Of a stretch of DNA of 64,000 nt, positions 29,921-37,217 are shown piece by piece; position 1 is the stretch's first letter, and each line of letters opens with the position of its first letter. The notes beneath the pieces were generated by a model. It was given only the letters and a program-made list of their open reading frames with translations. It did no database searches and was not told the DNA's origin. The position numbers and the translations under genes are program-made. The stretch is from Bacteroidales bacterium (lineage in GTDB: Bacteria; Bacteroidota; Bacteroidia; Bacteroidales; UBA7960), in NCBI GenBank assembly GCA_041686485.1, contig JAWLDT010000001.1, positions 5,554-69,553 on the forward strand, given 5' to 3'.

Positions 29921-29938
29921 ATGTATACAAATATACAT
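29921..29938. promoter_or_regulatory. Palindrome ATGTATA-CAAA-TATACAT overlapping a minus-strand -7 box
   Basis: Perfect 7-bp arms. On the minus strand TATATTTG (29928..29935) fits TAnnTTTG about 34 nt upstream of the PAD-like ATG. This is a candidate operator plus promoter. Confidence 0.35.
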
Positions 29939-30220
29939 GTATCTTCGAAAAGGTTTCGATTTTTTCCGGGATATTCCCTAAATACATTATCTTTGCTCCC
30001 ATTCAAAACATTTCAATTGGATTTAAACCCCTTGAAAGCTTGTTCTATGGCGGTTTATAAAATATTTTTTCAGGCGCTGGCTGCCATTCCCAATTAGTTG
30101 GAGCAGCCTTATCTGCATCCAGGTGCAGCGAGTGTGGAAAAGTATTTTGTAATAACCTGAACAGGCTATTTTCAGGGGATTTTTTTTAGTAATTCATTCA
30201 CCATTAAAATAGAGTTTTAT

Positions 30221-31162
30221 ATGAAGAAACTATCGGTTATAGCGTTTGGAGGAAATGCCCTGCTACAGAGTGGTCAGAAAGGGACCATTGATGAGCAGGA
30301 GCAAAATGTGTATGAAACCTGTCAGCACCTTGTGCCATTAATCAAAGAAGGTTATGACCTGGTTATTGGTCATGGGAATGGTCCGCAGGTGGGAAATGTG
30401 ATGCTTCAGCATGAGGCAGGTAACAAAGAATATGGTCTGCCTAAGCAGCCAATCGATTTTTGTGTCGCTGAAACGCAGGGTTCCATTGGTTTTATGATCG
30501 AGCAACAACTACGCAATGTGCTGGCCGAACATGGCATTAATAAAAATATTGTCACCCTGGTGACACAGGTCGTGGTTGACAAAGACGATCCTGCCTTTCA
30601 AAATCCTACAAAGCCTGTCGGGCCTTACTATTCAAAGGAGGAGGCTGATTCCCTGACCGAACAAAACGGGTGGGTTTTTCATGAAGATCCCAGGGGGCGC
30701 GGATGGCGCCGTGTGGTTGCTTCGCCCAAACCGGTTGATATTCCAAGCTGGGAAGCCGTTGAAAAGTTGGCCCGTGAAGGGAATATTGTCATTACCGTAG
30801 GTGGTGGCGGCATTCCTGCCTATATCGATGCGAAAGGAAAGATTATTGGTATCGATGCCGTGATCGACAAGGACCTGGCATCCTCGCAATTAGCCAGTAA
30901 GATCCGGGCCGATGAATTTTGCATCCTGACGGATGTTCCGAATGTCTTTGTAAACTTTAATAAGCCTGACCAGAAAAGACTGGAAAAAGTAACCATTCAG
31001 GAGGTTACCAAATACCTTGATGAGGGGCAGTTTACCGAGGGCAGCATGGCCCCGAAGGTTCGGGCATGCATACAATTTGTTGAGAATGGCGGAAGCGATG
31101 CCATCATTACCGAAGCTGAGAAACTGGGCCAGACAGGAGAAGGAACAGTAATTATTCCTTAA
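30221..31162 (+). CDS. arcC: Carbamate kinase
   Basis: 313 aa with AFGGNAL and GHGNGPQVG motifs over a full-length amino-acid-kinase fold. Confidence 0.92.
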   Translation: MKKLSVIAFGGNALLQSGQKGTIDEQEQNVYETCQHLVPLIKEGYDLVIGHGNGPQVGNVMLQHEAGNKEYGLPKQPIDFCVAETQGSIGFMIEQQLRNVLAEHGINKNIVTLVTQVVVDKDDPAFQNPTKPVGPYYSKEEADSLTEQNGWVFHEDPRGRGWRRVVASPKPVDIPSWEAVEKLAREGNIVITVGGGGIPAYIDAKGKIIGIDAVIDKDLASSQLASKIRADEFCILTDVPNVFVNFNKPDQKRLEKVTIQEVTKYLDEGQFTEGSMAPKVRACIQFVENGGSDAIITEAEKLGQTGEGTVIIP

Positions 31163-31217
31163 TTTTATCAATAGTATAGTCAATCATTTATTTACATTAA
31201 AAACAGGAGATATACCT

Positions 31218-32219
31218 ATGGCATTTAATCTGAGAAACAGGAGTTTTTTGAAGTTGCTTGATTTTTCACCAAAAGAGATCAAGTTTTTACTTGACATGTC
31301 GGTCGATCTTAAAAAGGCAAAATATGGCGGCTATGAGCAGCGCCGCCTGACAGGGAAGAATATTGCCCTTATTTTTGAAAAAGCTTCCACAAGAACCCGC
31401 TGTGCATTTGAAGTAGCGGCTTTCGACCAGGGTGCGCTGGTTACATACCTTGGCCCGACAGGAAGCCAGATCGGCAAAAAAGAATCGATGAAAGATACCG
31501 CACGCGTGCTGGGACGGATGTATGACGGGATTGAGTACCGCGGTTTTGCACAAAAAACCGTTGAAGAGTTGTCCACGTATTCCAATGTGCCGGTATGGAA
31601 TGGTCTGACCAACGAATTCCACCCAACACAGATACTGGCTGACTTCCAGACCATGATGGAGCACAGCGATAAGCCGCTCAACCAGGTTTCCTTCTGCTAT
31701 CTGGGCGATGCGCGCAACAACATGGGTAACTCCCTGTTGGTTGGTGCGGCAAAGATGGGCATGGACTTCCGGGCAGCAGCCCCGAAATCAGTTCAGCCAA
31801 GTAAAGAATTGGTTGCTGAATGCCGTGAGATCGCCAAAGACACCGGCGCAAAGATCACCATTACCGAGGATGTGGATGAAGCCGTTAAAGGGGTGGATTT
31901 TCTTTATACGGATGTTTGGGTATCCATGGGCGAACCCGAAGAAGTGTGGAAGGAACGCATTGAGCTCCTGAAACCCTATCAGGTGAATATGGATGTCATC
32001 AAAAAAACGGTTAATCCAAAAGTGAAATTCCTGCATTGCCTGCCTTCTTTCCATAACCGCGAAACAACCATCGGTGAGGACATCTATCAGAAGTTTGGTC
32101 TGGATGGGATGGAAGTGGTTGAAGACGTATTTGAATCAGCGCACTCCGTTGTGTTTGACCAGGCCGAAAACCGCCTTCACACGATCAAAGCGGTGATGGT
32201 GGCGACCCTGGGTGACTGA
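31218..32219 (+). CDS. argF: Ornithine carbamoyltransferase (probably catabolic, co-oriented with arcC)
   Basis: 333 aa, near-colinear with E. coli ArgI/ArgF as I recall it. Motifs: [28 protein letters not shown]. Confidence 0.93.
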   Translation: MAFNLRNRSFLKLLDFSPKEIKFLLDMSVDLKKAKYGGYEQRRLTGKNIALIFEKASTRTRCAFEVAAFDQGALVTYLGPTGSQIGKKESMKDTARVLGRMYDGIEYRGFAQKTVEELSTYSNVPVWNGLTNEFHPTQILADFQTMMEHSDKPLNQVSFCYLGDARNNMGNSLLVGAAKMGMDFRAAAPKSVQPSKELVAECREIAKDTGAKITITEDVDEAVKGVDFLYTDVWVSMGEPEEVWKERIELLKPYQVNMDVIKKTVNPKVKFLHCLPSFHNRETTIGEDIYQKFGLDGMEVVEDVFESAHSVVFDQAENRLHTIKAVMVATLGD

Positions 32220-32323
32220 TCCGGTGTTGACCGTCGTGAGAAGCTTCCCTCCGAAACGGATCGTCATCATATACAGCAAAGAACATCCCATAAGCTGTTG
32301 ATATACAAAACATAGTAGTTTTA

Positions 32324-32361
32324 TTAAAAAAACCTGGCATTTTATTTGCCAGGTTTTTTTG
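32324..32361. terminator. Bidirectional intrinsic terminator after argF
   Basis: The A-run, then CCTGGCA - ttttatt - TGCCAGG, then a T-run (aaaaaaacctggcattttatttgccaggttttttt). Confidence 0.85.
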
Positions 32362-32381
32362 TTAACTTAAAAAGATGTGTA

Positions 32382-32389
32382 TATATTTG
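32382..32389 (+). promoter_or_regulatory. -7 box TAtaTTTG for the trpB2 leader transcript
   Basis: Matches TAnnTTTG. A TTTG lies about 25 nt upstream (32357..32361). Confidence 0.45.
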
Positions 32390-32415
32390 CATCCAAATAC
32401 AACTGCAACGATTAT

Positions 32416-32487
32416 ATGAATTTCAGCCGGATACATATCCTTCATATCTGGGCCTGGTGGCCAGCCTCTCCGGCTGCCACAATATAA
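32416..32487 (+). CDS. Candidate Trp-rich leader peptide MNFSRIHILHIWAWWPASPAATI
   Basis: Hand translation gives an ATG at 32416, a TAA at 32485..32487 and three TGG codons within 32449..32460. It lies in the roughly 230-nt leader of a tryptophan-synthase-beta-like gene and is absent from the ORF track because it is too short. Confidence 0.6.
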   Translation: MNFSRIHILHIWAWWPASPAATI

Positions 32488-32624
32488 CATATAATCCCCC
32501 TGGGAGCGTGCTGCTCCGTGATCATCCCGAAAATTTTAATTTTTTATTATTGTTTTGGTGGCGCCATTCGTGTGTCGCGCACTGACTGAATCCCATTTTT
32601 AACGTTTTTAATCCAAATTGAACA

Positions 32625-33986
32625 ATGGAAAACAGAATACAATTATCCGCCCAGGAGATACCCCGTTTTTTCTATAATATTATGGCTGACATGCCGAATA
32701 AACCGATGCCGCCGCTGCATCCGGGAACCCGTGAGCCTGTTACACCGGATTTGTTAGAGCCATTATTTCCTAAAGATCTGATTATGCAGGAGATGTCGGC
32801 AGAACGGTATATTGAGATCCCTGAAGAAATCAGGCGCATCTATGCCAAATGGCGACCAACTCCGATGTTTCGTGCAAAGGGTCTGGAGAAAATGCTTGAT
32901 ACCCCGGCAAAGATTTATTACAAGTATGAAGGTGTAAGTCCGGCTGGCTCCCACAAACCCAATACGGCAGTGGCTCAGGCTTTCTATAACAAGATAGCCG
33001 GTACCAAAAGAATCGCCACTGAAACAGGTGCAGGACAGTGGGGTACAGCTCTGGCCTATGCCTGCCAGGCATTCGGAATGGAATGTGAGGTTTACATGGT
33101 TCGCGCAAGTTACGACCACAAGCCATACCGGAAGGTGATGATGAATGCGTTTGATGCCCGGGTGTATCCCTCTCCTTCTGATCGCACCGAGTATGGTAGG
33201 AAGGTCTTGAAGGAAAATCCGGATTCATCCGGCAGTTTGGGAATTGCCATATCAGAAGCCATTGAGAGGGCCGTTTCCGACCCGGATGCCCATTATGCCC
33301 TTGGAAGTGTGCTTAATCACGTGTTGCTGCATCAAACCATCATCGGTGAGGAAGCCATCCTGCAGATGGAAAAGGCAGGTGATCAGCCCGATCTGATCGT
33401 TGCACCATTCGGCGGTGGCAGTAACTTTGCCGGCATTGCTTTTCCTTTCCTCAGGATGAACATGAAAGACGGGACAAATATTCGCTGTATCGCCGTTGAA
33501 CCCAATTCCTGCCCGAAGCTTACCAGGGGCGAATTTCGTTACGATTTCGGTGATACGGCCGGGAAAACGCCGTTGTTGCCCATGTATACCCTGGGTCATG
33601 ACTTCATTCCTTCTCCCATTCATGCAGGAGGATTACGGTATCACGGGGCCGGCGTGCTTGTGAGTCAGCTGCTGAAAGATGGGTTGATTGAGGCGGTGTC
33701 GGAGCCTCAGGAACGCTGCTTCAAAGCAGGTCTCGATTTTATTAAGGCAGAGGGTATTATCCCTGCCCCGGAGGCGACACATGCTATTGCCACCGTGATC
33801 AACGAAGCCGTGCGATGCCGGGAAGAGGGACGTTCTCAAAACATCCTCTTTAACCTATGTGGACATGGTCATTTTGACATGTCAGCCTATGAGGCCTATT
33901 TATCCGGAAAAATTTCGGATGTGGGTGTTACGGACGAGCAGATTAGTTCGTCGATGGCTGGTACCGATGCTTTTCAGCCGGTATAA
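32625..33986 (+). CDS. TrpB-like PLP-dependent enzyme (tryptophan synthase beta, TrpB2 type)
   Basis: 453 aa, the long TrpB2-type length, with the PLP-lysine motif PAGSHKPNTA and GGGSNFAG. No trpA or other trp genes are adjacent. Confidence 0.88.
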   Translation: MENRIQLSAQEIPRFFYNIMADMPNKPMPPLHPGTREPVTPDLLEPLFPKDLIMQEMSAERYIEIPEEIRRIYAKWRPTPMFRAKGLEKMLDTPAKIYYKYEGVSPAGSHKPNTAVAQAFYNKIAGTKRIATETGAGQWGTALAYACQAFGMECEVYMVRASYDHKPYRKVMMNAFDARVYPSPSDRTEYGRKVLKENPDSSGSLGIAISEAIERAVSDPDAHYALGSVLNHVLLHQTIIGEEAILQMEKAGDQPDLIVAPFGGGSNFAGIAFPFLRMNMKDGTNIRCIAVEPNSCPKLTRGEFRYDFGDTAGKTPLLPMYTLGHDFIPSPIHAGGLRYHGAGVLVSQLLKDGLIEAVSEPQERCFKAGLDFIKAEGIIPAPEATHAIATVINEAVRCREEGRSQNILFNLCGHGHFDMSAYEAYLSGKISDVGVTDEQISSSMAGTDAFQPV

Positions 33987-34003
33987 TTTTTCAGATAAAG
34001 GGG

Positions 34004-34040
34004 AAAGGCGTCTGTTCTATGTTAAACTGACGCCTTTTGT
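34004..34040 (+). terminator. Intrinsic terminator after trpB2
   Basis: Stem AAGGCGTC / GACGCCTT (34005..34012 and 34029..34036) followed by TTTT. A second 11-bp hairpin, AAGCGGGGCAC / GTGCCCCGCTT at 34044..34078, follows without a U-run. Confidence 0.7.
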
Positions 34041-34146
34041 ACCAAGCGGGGCACACCAGGATTAAGGGTGCCCCGCTTTAATGGTCATAGTGCTGAAACC
34101 TCTGTTTGTTCAACCCCTTTTAGTAAAATCCGGGTTGATTAAAACT

Positions 34147-35703
34147 CTATTGCTCTTCTTTCTCCATCTCCTCCATGTCTTCCTGTAGACGTTCCATATC
34201 TTCTTCCAGCTCCTTCATGGCTTTCTCAAAAGAGGGCCCCAGTTCCTTCATGCCTGCTTTTATTTCCTTGTCAATATCATGCATGATAGAATCCCATTCG
34301 ATAGCATCCAATTCTTGCATGGCTTGTTGGATTTCTTCTCTGGCCTGATGCATTTCCTGCCTGAATTCTTCGGACTGCAGCTCTTCCCGGAGTTCTTCAT
34401 TCATTTTTTCCATGGCTAACCTGACTTCTTCCATGGCCTTTCTGAATTTCTCCTTGTCTTTTTCACTAAAACCCTCGTAGCTGATCATGGTACCATCATC
34501 CAAATAGATTGTGTTGGGTGTTTTTCCGGGACTTGTATCTGCCATAGCCAGGTCTGATGGAGGAGGAGGCGGTACGTCAGGTGCTTCCTCGGAGGGGGCG
34601 TACTGACTTATGTCGAAGGTAACAGAAGGATCAGAAGCAGGTATATCAACATTATCTGTTCCTCCATGATCTGGAATGACAGGCTTTACCCATGCCACGG
34701 TTCCAAAAGCCAGGATAAAGGCCAGTGTGGTGGCCAACTTGTGGCCAGTGCTTAAAGATCTTGTTTTCATGGTCATCATGTGTTTAATACGTGTGAATAA
34801 ATGATTTTTGGACTGCGTAGCAGCTACCATTGGTTGAGGAATGGCAGCTCCGCGGTTTTGTTCTATGTGAAGTAATGCATGTGCATATTCTGCCGGATGA
34901 GCGATCTGACTTACCACCCATTCATCTACAGACTCTTCTCTCAATCGTCTGATTATCCCGCTTATCCACCACATAGCCGGATGATAAAAAAATACGATTT
35001 CGAGCAGGAGTTGAAACATATTCATGATATGGTCATGGCGTCTGATGTGGTATAACTCGTGCATGATAATACTTTCCACCTGTTCGGGAGTCATGGAAAA
35101 CAGGATCGCCGCCGGCAAGAGTACCACAGGCTTAAAAAAGCCAATGACAACGGGTATGGATGCAGCTGAAGAGATCCTGATGGGAACAGAGCCGGGTAGC
35201 CTGGTTCGTCGGAGGATTTTTGTTACATGTTTCTGCCAGCTGTGAGGCAGGGGGGTAGAATCACGCTTCAGTCTGATTATTTTTTGATAAGAGAGGACAG
35301 AAAAAATAGCTGTTAATAGCATGCCGGTAATGTAAAGCCAGAAGACCACCGGACTGTAATTTTCGATAAAGGCAAGAAAAGAGGGTTGTCCACGCTCCAG
35401 ATAAAACAGGCTTGTTTCGCCTGCCGCCGGCATGTAAACGCCAGGTTCAAACTCTACGGAAACAATTTGCCTGGCATTGTTATATACATTCATCTGCATG
35501 AAGAAGGTATAAACGAAACTCACTGGTATGGCACATACTGCCAGCACGGACATTCGATAGCGGAACGCCGCGCTGCTCTTTGATGCTAAACGTAAAGCAA
35601 TCCGCCATAGCAAAACGATAATAAGAACTTGCCATATGCTGTGAATAATGGTCCAGGCCAAAGCATGTACTACAGGGTGTGATAATTGTTCTATCAGGTT
35701 CAT
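34147..35703 (-). CDS. BlaR1-type M56 membrane metalloprotease / signal transducer with an atypical C-terminal domain
   Basis: 518 aa with 4 TM segments and the zinc motif HELYHIRRHDH. After the last TM come a Pro-rich spacer (DVPPPPPSD) and a Met/Glu-rich helical region with three F-x-(K/Q)-(A/E)-M repeats. Confidence 0.8.
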   Translation of the reverse strand: MNLIEQLSHPVVHALAWTIIHSIWQVLIIVLLWRIALRLASKSSAAFRYRMSVLAVCAIPVSFVYTFFMQMNVYNNARQIVSVEFEPGVYMPAAGETSLFYLERGQPSFLAFIENYSPVVFWLYITGMLLTAIFSVLSYQKIIRLKRDSTPLPHSWQKHVTKILRRTRLPGSVPIRISSAASIPVVIGFFKPVVLLPAAILFSMTPEQVESIIMHELYHIRRHDHIMNMFQLLLEIVFFYHPAMWWISGIIRRLREESVDEWVVSQIAHPAEYAHALLHIEQNRGAAIPQPMVAATQSKNHLFTRIKHMMTMKTRSLSTGHKLATTLAFILAFGTVAWVKPVIPDHGGTDNVDIPASDPSVTFDISQYAPSEEAPDVPPPPPSDLAMADTSPGKTPNTIYLDDGTMISYEGFSEKDKEKFRKAMEEVRLAMEKMNEELREELQSEEFRQEMHQAREEIQQAMQELDAIEWDSIMHDIDKEIKAGMKELGPSFEKAMKELEEDMERLQEDMEEMEKEEQ

Positions 35704-35711
35704 AGCAAGGA

Positions 35712-36080
35712 TTATTCAAATTGTTTAAGATAGGCTTTGATCTCATCCACCTCATCCTTTGATAATGTTTTGTTGTCAAGGGCACCCATAACGAGCCGGC
35801 TGGTAGAGCCTTCGAACAAACCTTTGACCATCTTGCCCAGAACCTGCTGTTGTGTTTGTTCCCTGCTTACTCCAGCCTTGTAAACGTGTTTGCGACCATC
35901 TTTGTCGCGGGTAAGCAGCCCTTTATCGGTCATGATCTGCATGGTTTTTAAGGTGGTCGTATAACCTGTGTCCTTATGTTGACCAAGTTTTTCATGCACT
36001 TCCCGTACGGAGGAGGGGCCCATTTCCCACAAAATTTGCAGGATCTTCAATTCGTTTTCAGTGGGTTGATAAGTTTTCAT
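35712..36080 (-). CDS. BlaI/MecI/CopY-family transcriptional repressor
   Basis: ORF 35712..36197. ATG 36080 (MKTYQPTENELKILQILWEMGPSSVREVHEKL) gives the usual roughly 122-aa winged-helix repressor. It lies 8 bp upstream of the M56 gene. Confidence 0.88.
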   Translation of the reverse strand: MKTYQPTENELKILQILWEMGPSSVREVHEKLGQHKDTGYTTTLKTMQIMTDKGLLTRDKDGRKHVYKAGVSREQTQQQVLGKMVKGLFEGSTSRLVMGALDNKTLSKDEVDEIKAYLKQFE

Positions 36081-36097
36081 TTTATAGACTAATTTAA

Positions 36098-36140
36098 CTA
36101 CGACTAATTTCGTAGCAAACATACTACGAAATAATTCGTA
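36098..36140 (-). promoter_or_regulatory. Two operator dyads flanking the -7 box of the blaI-like promoter
   Basis: The dyads are CTACGA-ctaatt-TCGTAG (36098..36115) and TACGAA-ataa-TTCGTA (36125..36140). On the minus strand TAtgTTTG (36116..36123) sits between them. Confidence 0.7.
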
Positions 36141-36346
36141 AAACAAATTTTTTAACATTTTTTTAAAAAAATGGCTTACTTTGCATCGGAGAGACAAGGT
36201 TGGTATGATTCCACAAAGTGAACAAACAAGCCTGAATGATTACTGTTATAATGTGATTGCTAATGGCCATCGATTATTATTTTTAGATGGTTGGTATCAG
36301 TCGTTTAATTGAAAGGATCAGAAAATTACAGCTAAAAAAACCTCAA

Positions 36347-36754
36347 ATGACACAATACGAAATCAAACTTCCGCCATTTCAACGTGGTTTCCATATGATA
36401 ACCCGGCATATTTTAGATGCGGTCGATGATTTACCTCAGACCGGACTCTTGCATATATTCCTTCATCATACATCGGCCGGAATTGTAATTAATGAGAATG
36501 CTGATCCTTCGGTATCTGCCGACCTGAATAGCAGCTTCGATCACCTCGCGCCGGAAAGGATGCCGTATTACACCCATGTGATGGAGGGTGATGACGATAT
36601 GCCCGCCCATATTAAATCAGCGCTTACGGGGGTATCTCTTACCATACCCGTTTCCAGGGGCCGCCTGAAACTGGGAACCTGGCAGGGTATTTTCCTGTGC
36701 GAGTTCCGTAACAAGAGCGGTGGCCGAAGGGTGACCCTGACCATTTACGGGTAA
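36347..36754 (+). CDS. yjbQ: YjbQ/UPF0047 family protein (secondary thiamine-phosphate synthase-like)
   Basis: ATG 36347 gives a 135-aa product (MTQYEIKLPPFQRGFHMIT) with the family signature AHIKSALTGVSLTIPV. Confidence 0.8.
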   Translation: MTQYEIKLPPFQRGFHMITRHILDAVDDLPQTGLLHIFLHHTSAGIVINENADPSVSADLNSSFDHLAPERMPYYTHVMEGDDDMPAHIKSALTGVSLTIPVSRGRLKLGTWQGIFLCEFRNKSGGRRVTLTIYG

Positions 36755-37068
36755 GACCTGACTTAAGTCACCTGATAGGCTCTGGCCTATAATCTGTAGG
36801 AGGATAACTGTTAAGCTCACAATGCTTAGGTTTTGTGAAGTATTGAACAATTACGGCAAATCCTTATTGTCAGCAAATTTCTCGAATGAAGACGCAAATT
36901 TTCACAAATTTTTTAAACAAACTTTACGCTGAGATGCGCAATGCTTATTTGAGATAATTTGCGCTAATTTGTGGATAATAAAAAGTTGGGCACCCAATAG
37001 GCTATGTGTTATACGATTTATTCGGATAATTATAAAATATAAAGCTACTATTTACTATTATATGAAAA

Positions 37069-37108
37069 CACATTATCACATTAGCACATTAGCACATTAT
37101 CACATTAT
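37069..37108. repeat. Tandem octamer array, 5 x CACATTAK
   Basis: Read as cacattat cacattag cacattag cacattat cacattat, ending about 60 bp upstream of the copA -7 box. Confidence 0.9.
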
Positions 37109-37166
37109 CCAAAAATATTATACTTTTTTCTACGAATTTTGCAACGCCTTTTCATCCTTGATGCCG

Positions 37167-37174
37167 TAATTTTG
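37167..37174 (+). promoter_or_regulatory. -7 box TAatTTTG of the copA promoter
   Basis: Matches TAnnTTTG, with a TTTG at 37138..37141. It lies 44 nt before ATG 37218. Confidence 0.45.
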
Positions 37175-37217
37175 TATTGGTAAAACATATAACAGTATAA
37201 ATATAAACATAATATAT

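Noticed and set aside
32346-32585. A 79-aa ORF spanning the argF terminator and the trpB2 leader.
   Set aside because: It starts at a TTG inside the terminator hairpin, upstream of the putative promoter, and has no motifs. The region is better explained as a leader RNA with the short Trp-rich ORF in another frame.
37130-37136. A CTACGAA half-site of the BlaI-type operator overlapping the -33 region of the copA promoter.
   Set aside because: Only one half of the dyad is present. A 7-mer is expected several times by chance in 64 kb on two strands. This is not enough to place copA in the BlaI regulon.
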